A stretch of DNA of 64,000 nt from Methanomassiliicoccales archaeon (GCA_013415695.1 JAAEEP010000004.1:66324-130323); one strand, 5' to 3'. Counted from the stretch's first letter, positions 50,655 through 59,917 are shown. Translations and numbers: made by a program. Notes: generated by a model from the sequence alone, not told the origin.

Positions 50655-51096
50655 GGTCACGCCGATTCGCAATGGGACGGTCATAGATCACATCGATTGT
50701 GGAATGGCGCTGAAGGTACTGCGGATCATCGGTGTGGGTCAGAATGTCCGGTCAACGGTAAGTATTCTGATGCACGTGCCCTCAAAGAAAGCTGGATGGA
50801 AGGACGTTGTGAAGGTGGAGGACAGGGAACTCGATCCCAGAGAGGTTGATAAAATCTCTTTAATCTCGCCGAAGGCCACCATCAACATCATAAGGGATTT
50901 CAACGTGGCAGAGAAGTATAAGCTTGACCTTCCCAATGTGGTGAGAGGCATTGTACGTTGCGGCAATCCGAGCTGCATCACCAACCTGAAGGAGCCTGTC
51001 GAGCCGGAGTTCATCATAGACAATGATGACCCCCCAGTACTGAGGTGCATCTACTGCGATAGAATCCTTGATGACATAGCCGAACACCTGATCTGA
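50641..51096 (+). CDS. pyrI: Aspartate carbamoyltransferase regulatory subunit
   Basis: 'VTPIRNGTVIDHI' plus Zn-binding 'CGNPSCITN...LRCIYCD'. The ATG at 50641 overlaps the pyrB 3' end by 14 nt. Confidence 0.9.
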   Translation: MKEFRVTPIRNGTVIDHIDCGMALKVLRIIGVGQNVRSTVSILMHVPSKKAGWKDVVKVEDRELDPREVDKISLISPKATINIIRDFNVAEKYKLDLPNVVRGIVRCGNPSCITNLKEPVEPEFIIDNDDPPVLRCIYCDRILDDIAEHLI

Positions 51097-51097
51097 T

Positions 51098-51541
51098 TCA
51101 CTTCAACCAGGTTAACTCGGCTTTGGAGCGATCCACTATTGAATTCAAATGATCCATTAGTTTATCCTCATCCATTTCCCTAGAGGCCACAGCCACTACC
51201 AGGAGGTTCGCGCTCAACTCCGAGATGATGACCACAGAATTGCTGAAGATGACCATCACCTTCTCCATGTCCTCCTTGATTATGTCCTTCCGCGTGGTTT
51301 CTGCGGCTGAGAACATGATCGCTGACATGGCCGAAAAGGTCTCGGCCCGGACATCAGAGGCTGATTTTCCAGCAATCATGAGGCCTGTCTTGGATACGAT
51401 AGAAATGCTCTTGATACTCTGTTCGGAACCGAACTCATCCGAGATGATCTCTTCTAGTATCCCTTCGACGGATTTGGAAGGCTGCAATTCGTTTTCCTCC
51501 TCGATTAGGGGGTTAGAATTTCCCCCAGGCCAGGCCTGCAA
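51098..51541 (-). CDS. Roadblock/LC7-domain protein
   Basis: 147 aa. 'ISIVSKTGLMIAGKS...AETFSAMSAIMFSAAE...VMVIFSNSVVIISEL...LLVVAVAS' gives the beta-beta-alpha-beta-beta-alpha roadblock pattern. Confidence 0.7.
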   Translation of the reverse strand: MQAWPGGNSNPLIEEENELQPSKSVEGILEEIISDEFGSEQSIKSISIVSKTGLMIAGKSASDVRAETFSAMSAIMFSAAETTRKDIIKEDMEKVMVIFSNSVVIISELSANLLVVAVASREMDEDKLMDHLNSIVDRSKAELTWLK

Positions 51542-51693
51542 ATGTATTTGCCGGACTTAACCCTTTCTCTGCTGCTATTGACAATTCCCAGTAATATTAA
51601 TGGCGGTCAAATCATCAGTTATTGAAAGAATGAAGAAGGTCGGCGTCGAAAACATATAAATAATCATTTCCTGATAAACAGGTTGGAGACTGG

Positions 51694-51900
51694 ATGACCG
51701 GTGAAGAGGAGGGTCCAGAGAGTTCATCCCCTAGGTGCCGGGGTTATTGTTCTCCGATCGATCTGACAACCGATCACAAGCGTCCTTTGAAAGATCGATA
51801 CTTAGAGGCTTTGAATCAGGTGTCGGATTTCGAGATAATTAGAGTTCCCCATTTTGAAGTCATCCAGGGGAAGTTCCATTCATACGGTGATCTGAAGTGA
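51694..51900 (+). CDS. Hypothetical small protein, translationally coupled to the next gene
   Basis: 68-aa ORF. TATA 'catataaataat' (51653-51664) lies ~35 nt upstream. The stop overlaps the GTG start of the kinase-like gene (GTGA at 51897-51900). Confidence 0.4.
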   Translation: MTGEEEGPESSSPRCRGYCSPIDLTTDHKRPLKDRYLEALNQVSDFEIIRVPHFEVIQGKFHSYGDLK

Positions 51901-52427
51901 GAGTCTACGTACTAGCTGGGATGCCAGGAGCAGGAAAAGAAGAATTCGTGAAAGTGGCAATGGAGGAAGGATTCGAGGTTATCCGCATGGGAGATGTTGT
52001 TCGAAATGAAGCTTCCAAAAGGGGTGTCGCCAATCACGATCAGGGTATCGGCGGTTTTGCCCACTCAGAGAGACAAATCCACGGGAATAACGTATGGGCC
52101 AGGAGGGCTAGCGCTCTCGTCAAGAACAATCTCACCATAATCGATGGATGCAGAGGATTCTCTGAACTCGAGGTATTCAAGAGAGATTTCGGCGATAAGG
52201 TGGTGGTGATCGCCATCCACGCATCTCCTAGAACCAGGTACAACCGATTGAAGACAAGGGATCGAGATGACGCTCCATCGAACTGGGAAGAGTTCGTAGA
52301 GCGGGATCGCAGGGAACTGGGCTGGGGTTTGGGAAAGGTGATAGTAATGGCCGATTATATGCTAGTCAACGAGGGTGCCCTTGAGACTTTCCGCGAGGAT
52401 GCCAGGACCATACTGGCTAAGATTTGA
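51897..52427 (+). CDS. UPF0200-type P-loop nucleotide kinase-like protein
   Basis: 176 aa. The P-loop 'VLAGMPGAGKEEF' and overall size are typical of the archaeal UPF0200 (adenylate/dephospho-CoA-kinase-like) family. Confidence 0.65.
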   Translation: MRVYVLAGMPGAGKEEFVKVAMEEGFEVIRMGDVVRNEASKRGVANHDQGIGGFAHSERQIHGNNVWARRASALVKNNLTIIDGCRGFSELEVFKRDFGDKVVVIAIHASPRTRYNRLKTRDRDDAPSNWEEFVERDRRELGWGLGKVIVMADYMLVNEGALETFREDARTILAKI

Positions 52428-52431
52428 TGAC

Positions 52432-52713
52432 ATGAAATTCAAGATCGTCGGAATCTGCAGCGTGGAAGCCCTCTCGGCAATTCCCAAGGAGTCGGTTCGA
52501 TTCGATCTTGACCGCGCCTCGGAGATACTTGAGGCCGCTGGTCATGACCTTGAAAACTTGAGCGTGATGGTCACCATACAATACGATGGAAGAGAGGTGA
52601 CCATATACCGGAACGGAAGAATAACCATATATCCTGCCGATAGTAAGGATATCGCCGCAGATATCGCTGAAAAATTCTACGATATGATAGAGAAGGCCAG
52701 GGAGATCAGGTAG
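52432..52713 (+). CDS. Hypothetical protein
   Basis: 93-aa ORF from the ATG at 52432 (MKFKIVGICSVEAL...), tightly following the kinase-like gene. No family recognised with confidence. Confidence 0.45.
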   Translation: MKFKIVGICSVEALSAIPKESVRFDLDRASEILEAAGHDLENLSVMVTIQYDGREVTIYRNGRITIYPADSKDIAADIAEKFYDMIEKAREIR

Positions 52714-52719
52714 TACACT

Positions 52720-53106
52720 TCATGCAAAAACAGCGGCGGGTTCAATATTGTAAGAGAAGCTCCTGACACCTCCATCTTGGAACTCGACCATCAGGTTGAG
52801 ACTTTCATTCTCAAATGTGATGTAGAATGATTTGAGGTTGGACCGATATAGAGACGCCCGATTCTCATCTATATTCTCGATTCTCAGCATCCCCTTTTCC
52901 ACCATGTCATTAACCCTCCTGTAGCATCTAGACATAGGGATGTTGAGCATATCCGATATCTCTTTAATGCTAACGTCTCTGTGACATGCTAATGATAGGA
53001 TCCTGTTGGCGTCCTCGTCACAGGCGAGATGAGTGAACTCAAAGTCCATTCGTTTCCTACTCATGTTATATCTTACTGCTGGAGGGATATATATCCCTTG
53101 TTTCAT
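52720..53106 (-). CDS. Winged-helix transcriptional regulator (ArsR-like)
   Basis: 128 aa. 'ANRILSLACHRDVSIKEISDMLNIPMSRCYRRVNDMVEKGML' is a wHTH. It is divergent from the giant surface-protein gene. Confidence 0.6.
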   Translation of the reverse strand: MKQGIYIPPAVRYNMSRKRMDFEFTHLACDEDANRILSLACHRDVSIKEISDMLNIPMSRCYRRVNDMVEKGMLRIENIDENRASLYRSNLKSFYITFENESLNLMVEFQDGGVRSFSYNIEPAAVFA

Positions 53107-53265
53107 AATTCTCTTTGCTGATTACATACTTAGAGAATACTGATTGATCTGGTACATCCAGCATTTCTCGGTCCTTTTAGAATTAGAGTTATCAAATTAG
53201 ACATGAAATGACGAACGGTTAAATATTCCCTAGGATTCTGTATCGCTGGCCAGTAGGGGATCCCA

Positions 53266-56200
53266 ATGAGACGATCAGTAGGGACCGCTTTAATAGCTGT
53301 CGCGCTCGCCTTAACCACCTTGGTCAGCGTAGCCTGTCCCTGCATAGGTTCCTCCCCTCCAGTTCCCTATTCTGAATCTGTAAACCTGTCTGCCTTCATT
53401 GATGACAGAGAGGAGAACTTCACTCACCTCGGAGCTTTTTCACAGAGCTTCAAAGCCGGAGGCTGGCCCTCCGATGTTGCCATGGGAGACCTGAATAACG
53501 ATACCAGGCTTGATGTTGCTGTCGCTAGTGCATCCCTCAACAGGATTGAGATCTTTCTTCAGGATGAAGCAGGACTACTAGGTCAAGTCCCAGACATAAT
53601 CATATCACTTCCATCAGCACCCACTGGAATAGATGTTGGTGATATTGACGGGGACCTAAGGGATGATGTTGCGGTGTGCTTGGGAAAGGATAACAAGATA
53701 TTCCTGTATTATCAGTCAAGTGATTTTTCTTCATACACCTCCAAGGATACTTTTGCGTCACCTCAGGATGTGGCGATAGCAAACATAGATGATGATTCGC
53801 TCATGGATTTCGTTGTACTCAGTAGGAACAGCACCGTTTCGCCTGCCTGTAGTTATGTGGTGCATCTGGGAAGCACTGGTTACTGGGGTGTAATGCATTC
53901 CTTATCTTCAGTGAATACGAATCATTCAGCGATCATTGTTGCCCAAGATTATGACGGCGATGGTCACGTCGATCTGATATTTGGTGACCCAATCGAGGAT
54001 AAGGTCCTCGTTTTGAAGAATGAACAAGAAACCCTTGGAGTTGATACCTGGACATTGTCACAGACTTTCGATGTGAATGGCCCATCTGACATCAAGTTCA
54101 AACAAATAGATAACACTGGACTGGAGGAGATGATAGTGACTGCCAAGGATTCTGGTGAAGTTAGAATGTATCGATACAGTGGATCTCTTGGCAAATTCGA
54201 ATCCTGGAAGATCAAAGGTGGTCTGAGCTATCCCTCTACCTCCTGTATGATAGATCTAAATGATGATTACATTCTCGACCTGATCACGATCTCTGAGGAT
54301 GACGCTATCGTTGAGTCATACCTCACATCTATTGCTTATGGCTACGGTTCCACCCCAGAACATTTCTTCCCCTCCCATCCATCTCCATTCTTCTCCGAAA
54401 CACGAGATTTCGATTCGGACGGCTTCATGGACATTGTTATAGTGTGCAACGCTACGGCAACAAACTGTTCGGTCAGTATTTACTATGGAGGGGAATCTGA
54501 ATACCCCTCAAACGCCGAGAGGAATGTGGAGTTCCAGGCAGGATTCCCCACATCACTTGTTGTGGGTGATTTCGATGAAGATGGAATCTCTGAGATGGGC
54601 GCGATAATGATGGGACAAGACCAGATTGTGTTCATCGACAATCAATCATATCAACTGGGAGCCAAAGAGATGTGGTCTGGGCCTCACTGGTCCGAAGTAG
54701 TGTCATTACAGGGAGAAAATGACCTTGTGGTGTCGAATTGGGGAAGTCAGAACATGAGCGTGTTCCTCAGTAATCCTCAATTCTTCAATGACCCGGATCC
54801 ATCCATGGAGATCGGTACCAACTTCAGTGGACCAGGTCCATTGTCATCCAGTGACATCAATGGAGACGGACTCCAAGACATAATTGTAGGTTGTCAAGGT
54901 GGAATTGAAATCCTATATAATACTGGAATCGCACCTGTCCTGGATAAGAACTCGTCATTCTCACTCTATCTTGCTGGGAGCAATATCACCCAGATAACAA
55001 CAGGAGACTTCGATTTTGGAATGGAATATATTTCCGGCTGGACGGAGACAACGGATGTAGCTGTGGTCAATTCCAGCCAGATAGAGGTGTACTTGAACGA
55101 TGGAAGTCCTTCACCTCTTTCCGCTTCTAAGGTGTACACTCTAGTTCCCTCTGGTACAGGTCAGATCGCGTGGATGGATTCTGCATTAATCGATGATGAC
55201 GAGCTTGCAGACATAGTGGTGGCTAGGGACGATGGTACTGTCACAGTATTCTTCCAGGACGAAGGCTATACGCCTTTTGGATTCGATGCCGATAACAAGA
55301 TAGTGTTTCTCGCACCAAATGGCCTGAGCAATGCCGACATTGGGGATATCGACGATGACGGCCTCTCGGAGATCTCGATCCTGGGTGAAAATCTCGCCGT
55401 GGTCACTATCTTCGATGTGAATAAGACAGTTTCTCCAATGGTAGCGAACTTCACCTCTGGAGGTTGTGATGGATATGTCATCATCGAGGATTTGAACAAT
55501 GATCTTAGAGAGGATCTCATTTTTTCCTCACCACTCTCAAAATGCGTATCATTCGTTTACCAGCAGAACCTGCCGCCCATCGCTTTTTCGGAAATCATTA
55601 CCCAAGGGCCCATCTTCGAAGGACAGACTGTCACCTTCTTCGCAGGAAATTCGACTGACAACTACTCGGATATTGGAAGTCTTGACTACCATTGGGACTT
55701 TGGCGATATGGGAACCGGGAATGGAGATACAATCCAGCATGTTTTCCTGGACGATGGGGATTTCACGGTGACCCTAAGGGTGACCGATAGAGGTGGGCTG
55801 TATGACGAAGTAGTCCTTCAGGTCGAGATAGGGGACCTGTCCCCCAACGCTTTCTTCGATTGCCCCTCATCGGCGGAGGAAGGCGCCATTGTTCAATTCA
55901 CGGACCTATCCAGTTCGTATCCAGACCAGATAGTGAACTGGACATGGGAGTTCGGTGATGGATGGAGCATTCCAATCCTGGAAGGTGGGGATCCCAATGT
56001 CACCCATGTCTTCATGGGGGATGGGGAGTACGATGTGAACCTCACTGTCGTAGATGATGATGGATCCCAGGACTCATCCTCTATAACCATTACCATAACG
56101 GATGGATCTCCATCCGCAGGATTCCAGGTCTCCGATCCAACCCCGGCCGAGGGACAGGCCATTACCTTTAGCTCGACCTCAACCTCATACCCCGACCAGA

Positions 56201-58227
56201 TCGTCAATTGGACGTGGGAATTCGGAGACAGTGAATTCGGCTACGGGGAGGTTGTCCAGCACACGTTCACGCAAGACGATACTTACACGGTAGGCTTGAC
56301 GGTCAGAGACTCGGATGGGAGTGAGGACACTCATGAGATCCTACTGACAGTGGAAGATGTTCCACCGATCGCTGGTATCGGATTCTTACCCTCATGGCAG
56401 TACGAGGGCGAGGTGGTTACCTTCACTGACATCTCAACATCGTACCACCCCATCTTCGATTGGACATGGGAATTCGGTGATGGGGATAAAAGCCACGTGA
56501 AGAACCCTATTCATGTATTCGAGACCGAAGGTGAATACACAGTCAGGTTAACTGTGACTGATGACGACGGTAGTCAGAATTGGACCGAGGTGTCGGTCGA
56601 GATACTTGACACCCTTGTGGCAGATTTTGCCATTAATGACATAAGTCTCTATGAAGGGGAGAGCATCCAGTTCACCGATCTTTCAAATTCGTATCACGAG
56701 GTGATCAACTGGACCTGGAATTTCGGGGATCAGAATGTCTCCTGGACCGAGAATTCTACACATGCCTTCGGGGATAATGGTTCCTACATGGTCGTACTTA
56801 TTGTTAGAGCTTCTGATGGATCGGAGGCTCAGGCAAACATGACCGTAGTGGTGAGGGATACCACACCGGTGATCGATTCCCTCTATACCTCATCTGGCAT
56901 CACCACTATTCTGGAAGACATGACTCTTCAGTTCAGGGTGAACTGTACAGAAGGCAACGATCAGATCATCCTCTATCAATGGGATTTCAACAAGGAGGGG
57001 AGTTTCCAGGCGGATAACACAACGACAACTGGAAGAATGACCGCCAGATACGCACAAGATGGCATTTACACCGTTGCAGTACGGGTTTGGGATTCGGACT
57101 CGTATGCCCAAGCCCAGATCGAGATCGAGGTGAATAATGTCCCGCCTACGGTCGAGCTTTCATACTATGTGATTACGAGCGGTAATATTCACTTCTTCGC
57201 CTCTTCCTACTCAGACAATGATAGCGATATGGAGAGCCTGATGTTCCAGTGGGACTTCGGGCAGGGTTATGGTACCCTAGTCAACTACAGTAGTGTGGAC
57301 CATTATTTCGAAAACGATGACATGTATACTGTCCGCCTCAGGGTGGTGGATGATGATGGAGCATATGCTACCGATACAGTGTCAATACTCGTTGACCGCA
57401 CACCTCCTACAGTTCAGGTGGGTGAAGTGGAAGACACCGCGTACATCGGAGAGATTATAGCAATTTCATTCGTTGTCACTGACGCTTTCGAAGTCGATTC
57501 CGTGGTCCTGTACTACATGATCGATGATAATCAGTGGACTCTTACCATGGTGCCATCTGGAACAGCGGGAGTGTATCGGGCTTCGATCCCCGCACAGGAT
57601 CAAACTACGACCATCCAGTTATGGGTGGTAGCCACCGACAGCAGTGATAATTCAATGGAAACCGGGACACTTTCGATTCAGGTAATCGAGAAGCCAATAT
57701 CTATGGATCTCTACCTGCTAGGCATCACCTTCGGCTTCGCTATCATAGGCGGGACCATCTACGTTGTCCGGAGAAGATATGCTATTGATGAGGTTTTCAT
57801 CATCTTCGAGGACGGTTGTCTCATATCCCACGAAAGCAGACGACTGAAGCCTGGAATGGATGATGATATCCTTAGCAGCATGTTGGTTGCGATACAGGAA
57901 TTCGTGAAGGACTCCTTCAAGGACGAAGAGGCAACCGGTATCAGAAGACTGGACTTCGGTGACAAGAAGATAATGGTGGAAAAGGGCGATAACATATACA
58001 TGGCTGTCGTCCTGCATGGAACCGGAGGAGAGAAGGTTCAGCAGAAAATGCAGCATGTTCTGAATTCGATCGAGAAGGAATACGGTCAGGAACTCCAGGA
58101 CTGGAATGGTGATCTGGAGAAAGTCAGGGGCATCAAGGAACGCTCCAAACAGCTCTTCGAGAGTAGAATCCTCAATATCCGGGGCAACAGTAACGGCGAG
58201 TCCAAAAATTTTAAGAGAAGTGGCTGA
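53266..58227 (+). CDS. Giant surface protein: signal/anchor, ~11 FG-GAP/VCBS-like repeats, 7 PKD domains, one TM helix and a 152-aa cytoplasmic tail
   Basis: 1653 aa. It has repeated 'GDxDxDGxxD' loops (for example GDIDGDLRDDVAV, SDINGDGLQDIIVG) and seven 'W(T/D)WxFGD...Y.V.L.V.D' PKD units (~55570-57400). The TM helix is 'LYLLGITFGFAIIGGTIYVV' (57709-57768) and the tail spans 57769-58227. Confidence 0.85.
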   Translation: MRRSVGTALIAVALALTTLVSVACPCIGSSPPVPYSESVNLSAFIDDREENFTHLGAFSQSFKAGGWPSDVAMGDLNNDTRLDVAVASASLNRIEIFLQDEAGLLGQVPDIIISLPSAPTGIDVGDIDGDLRDDVAVCLGKDNKIFLYYQSSDFSSYTSKDTFASPQDVAIANIDDDSLMDFVVLSRNSTVSPACSYVVHLGSTGYWGVMHSLSSVNTNHSAIIVAQDYDGDGHVDLIFGDPIEDKVLVLKNEQETLGVDTWTLSQTFDVNGPSDIKFKQIDNTGLEEMIVTAKDSGEVRMYRYSGSLGKFESWKIKGGLSYPSTSCMIDLNDDYILDLITISEDDAIVESYLTSIAYGYGSTPEHFFPSHPSPFFSETRDFDSDGFMDIVIVCNATATNCSVSIYYGGESEYPSNAERNVEFQAGFPTSLVVGDFDEDGISEMGAIMMGQDQIVFIDNQSYQLGAKEMWSGPHWSEVVSLQGENDLVVSNWGSQNMSVFLSNPQFFNDPDPSMEIGTNFSGPGPLSSSDINGDGLQDIIVGCQGGIEILYNTGIAPVLDKNSSFSLYLAGSNITQITTGDFDFGMEYISGWTETTDVAVVNSSQIEVYLNDGSPSPLSASKVYTLVPSGTGQIAWMDSALIDDDELADIVVARDDGTVTVFFQDEGYTPFGFDADNKIVFLAPNGLSNADIGDIDDDGLSEISILGENLAVVTIFDVNKTVSPMVANFTSGGCDGYVIIEDLNNDLREDLIFSSPLSKCVSFVYQQNLPPIAFSEIITQGPIFEGQTVTFFAGNSTDNYSDIGSLDYHWDFGDMGTGNGDTIQHVFLDDGDFTVTLRVTDRGGLYDEVVLQVEIGDLSPNAFFDCPSSAEEGAIVQFTDLSSSYPDQIVNWTWEFGDGWSIPILEGGDPNVTHVFMGDGEYDVNLTVVDDDGSQDSSSITITITDGSPSAGFQVSDPTPAEGQAITFSSTSTSYPDQIVNWTWEFGDSEFGYGEVVQHTFTQDDTYTVGLTVRDSDGSEDTHEILLTVEDVPPIAGIGFLPSWQYEGEVVTFTDISTSYHPIFDWTWEFGDGDKSHVKNPIHVFETEGEYTVRLTVTDDDGSQNWTEVSVEILDTLVADFAINDISLYEGESIQFTDLSNSYHEVINWTWNFGDQNVSWTENSTHAFGDNGSYMVVLIVRASDGSEAQANMTVVVRDTTPVIDSLYTSSGITTILEDMTLQFRVNCTEGNDQIILYQWDFNKEGSFQADNTTTTGRMTARYAQDGIYTVAVRVWDSDSYAQAQIEIEVNNVPPTVELSYYVITSGNIHFFASSYSDNDSDMESLMFQWDFGQGYGTLVNYSSVDHYFENDDMYTVRLRVVDDDGAYATDTVSILVDRTPPTVQVGEVEDTAYIGEIIAISFVVTDAFEVDSVVLYYMIDDNQWTLTMVPSGTAGVYRASIPAQDQTTTIQLWVVATDSSDNSMETGTLSIQVIEKPISMDLYLLGITFGFAIIGGTIYVVRRRYAIDEVFIIFEDGCLISHESRRLKPGMDDDILSSMLVAIQEFVKDSFKDEEATGIRRLDFGDKKIMVEKGDNIYMAVVLHGTGGEKVQQKMQHVLNSIEKEYGQELQDWNGDLEKVRGIKERSKQLFESRILNIRGNSNGESKNFKRSG

Positions 58228-58289
58228 ACGCTGTTATCAACTGAAATAGGTTGAAAAAAGATATCTACCATCCCTTCATTCACCAATAG

Positions 58290-59021
58290 ATGATAGACTG
58301 GGTTAGCCTGGCCATAGTACTCTTACTGTGTCTAGCACTAGCCATCCTATCATACTGGTTCGGCCTGCTCACGGCGAGCGGGAGCATCTCCGCCTTCGCT
58401 TTAGGCATAGTGATTGGGGCCTTGGGGTCAATCAGCTGGCTCCTCATTCTCGTTATCTTTACAATCCTCGGTTTTCTTGTAACTAGATACAAGCTCCAAG
58501 AGAAGATCGATGGGGGGTTGCAGGAGGGAAAAAAAGGCGAAAGAACCTACAAGAATGTTCTCGCAAATGGGCTGATACCAGCTCTAATAGCACTGTTTGC
58601 TTGGATCATGGGGGTTCAACAGGAGGCGATCCCAGCAATAATGTTTCTTTCAGCGATAAGTGTCGCGGCTTCAGACACTGTGGCGAGCGAGATGGGCATT
58701 CTGAGCGATAAGACCAAGCTCATAACCAGCCTCAGACCTGTTCCTCCAGGGACCGATGGAGGAGTTTCAACCTATGGGACCATGTGGGCGCTCCTTGCCG
58801 CAATAGCTGCGTCGGTGTTCGGCTGGATTCTGCTTTTCCCGAACAATCTGATTGATCCACTTATCATTGTGCCAATGATCGCAGGATTCTTGGGGTGCAA
58901 TGTGGACAGTTATATCGGAGCCACACTGGAGCGAAGAGGTTACATAGGTAAACTCGGAACCAATATCATATCCATGGCTTCGGGAGCTATTGTGGCGTTA
59001 ATCATACTCCTTGTAGTATGA
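58290..59021 (+). CDS. DUF92/TMEM19-family integral membrane protein
   Basis: 243 aa with ~7 TM helices. 'GERTYKNVLANG' and 'ATLERRGYIGKLGTN' recall the DUF92 (TIGR00297) family. Confidence 0.6.
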   Translation: MIDWVSLAIVLLLCLALAILSYWFGLLTASGSISAFALGIVIGALGSISWLLILVIFTILGFLVTRYKLQEKIDGGLQEGKKGERTYKNVLANGLIPALIALFAWIMGVQQEAIPAIMFLSAISVAASDTVASEMGILSDKTKLITSLRPVPPGTDGGVSTYGTMWALLAAIAASVFGWILLFPNNLIDPLIIVPMIAGFLGCNVDSYIGATLERRGYIGKLGTNIISMASGAIVALIILLVV

Positions 59022-59115
59022 AATTGCATTTACTGGAATTTATCATGCATCTATCGAGTCTCACACCGATAGTATTAATTTGTGATAACCTACTTTCTTG
59101 AGTACGATGCCCTGA

Positions 59116-59649
59116 ATGGGCTCCAGTACTTCCCAAAAACATCCCTCGGAGGGTCAGATGCAGATTGATATCAAGCCCGGTAACTTCTACCTCTTGCAGG
59201 AAAGGAAGGCTGAAAAAATCTTCATACTCTACAAGCTGATGGTTGAGGCAGGTAAGAAAGTAACTTGCGTGAGCAGGATACACCCGGATCAGCTCAATGA
59301 AGATTTTGGCATTCCTCACAAGGACTCTCTTTGGCTCTCAAACACGGTTGGTGAGAGGAATGTGAATCCTCTGAATGTGGGAATACTGACAGATAGGTTG
59401 ATCAGGTACTTCGAGGAGAGCGAAGATAGGGTGGTCCTCTTTGAGGGATTGGAGTACTTGGTAATGCAAAACGACTTCGGTAAAGTGCTAAGGCTCGTTA
59501 ACTACCTCTACGAATCAGTGGCTGTCACCAAGAACATAATTATCGTTTCTCTGGACCCCAGAGCCTTCAGTGCGAAGGAACTGGCTTTTCTTGAAAAGAG
59601 CGCATACATAATTGATGAGAAAGATAAGATCTCGATGGCAAAATCATAG
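59116..59649 (+). CDS. DUF835-family protein
   Basis: 177 aa. 'GNFYLLQE...KKVTCVSRIHPDQL...SLWLSNTVGERNVNPLNVGIL...VVLFEGLEYLVMQNDFGKVLRLVNYL' matches the DUF835 pattern as I recall it. Confidence 0.6.
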   Translation: MGSSTSQKHPSEGQMQIDIKPGNFYLLQERKAEKIFILYKLMVEAGKKVTCVSRIHPDQLNEDFGIPHKDSLWLSNTVGERNVNPLNVGILTDRLIRYFEESEDRVVLFEGLEYLVMQNDFGKVLRLVNYLYESVAVTKNIIIVSLDPRAFSAKELAFLEKSAYIIDEKDKISMAKS

Positions 59650-59712
59650 TATCAAAGCGTTTAAGGACACTATAACAAGGTATATATACAGCGATTTCTT
59701 TCAGGCGAAATA

Positions 59713-59845
59713 GGAATGGTTTGACGGCCATAGCGGCGGGGTCACACCTGGTCTCATCCGAACCCAGAAGTTAAGCCCGCCCGCGTTCCTGGCTGTACTG
59801 TGGTGCGCGAGCCCATGGGAACCCTGGAGCGCTGTCAGCCATTCC
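59713..59845 (+). rRNA. rrf: 5S rRNA, stand-alone; the coordinates include an extended terminal stem and the mature ends are probably ~59721-59840
   Basis: 'GGCCATAGCGGCGGGGTCACACCTGGTCTCATCCGAACCCAGAAGTTAAGCCCGCC...GCGCGAGCCCATGGGAACC' is an unmistakable archaeal 5S core. GGAATGG (59713-19) pairs with CCATTCC (59839-45). TATA 'tatatata' is at 59681-59688. Confidence 0.92.
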
Positions 59846-59917
59846 ATTTCTTCACCTTTGATCATCTAGAGGCTTCTCTGGAAAGGGACAGCAATTAAAA
59901 AAAATAAAAACAAGAAG

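Noticed and set aside
55570-57400. Periodic ~270-nt nucleotide similarity (for example around 55916-55960, 56186-56230, 56440-56480) that could be mistaken for tandem DNA repeats or a CRISPR-like array
   Set aside because: The periodicity is in-frame and corresponds to seven PKD domains (W-T-W-E-F-G-D... motif). The copies are diverged at the DNA level and have no spacer/repeat architecture.
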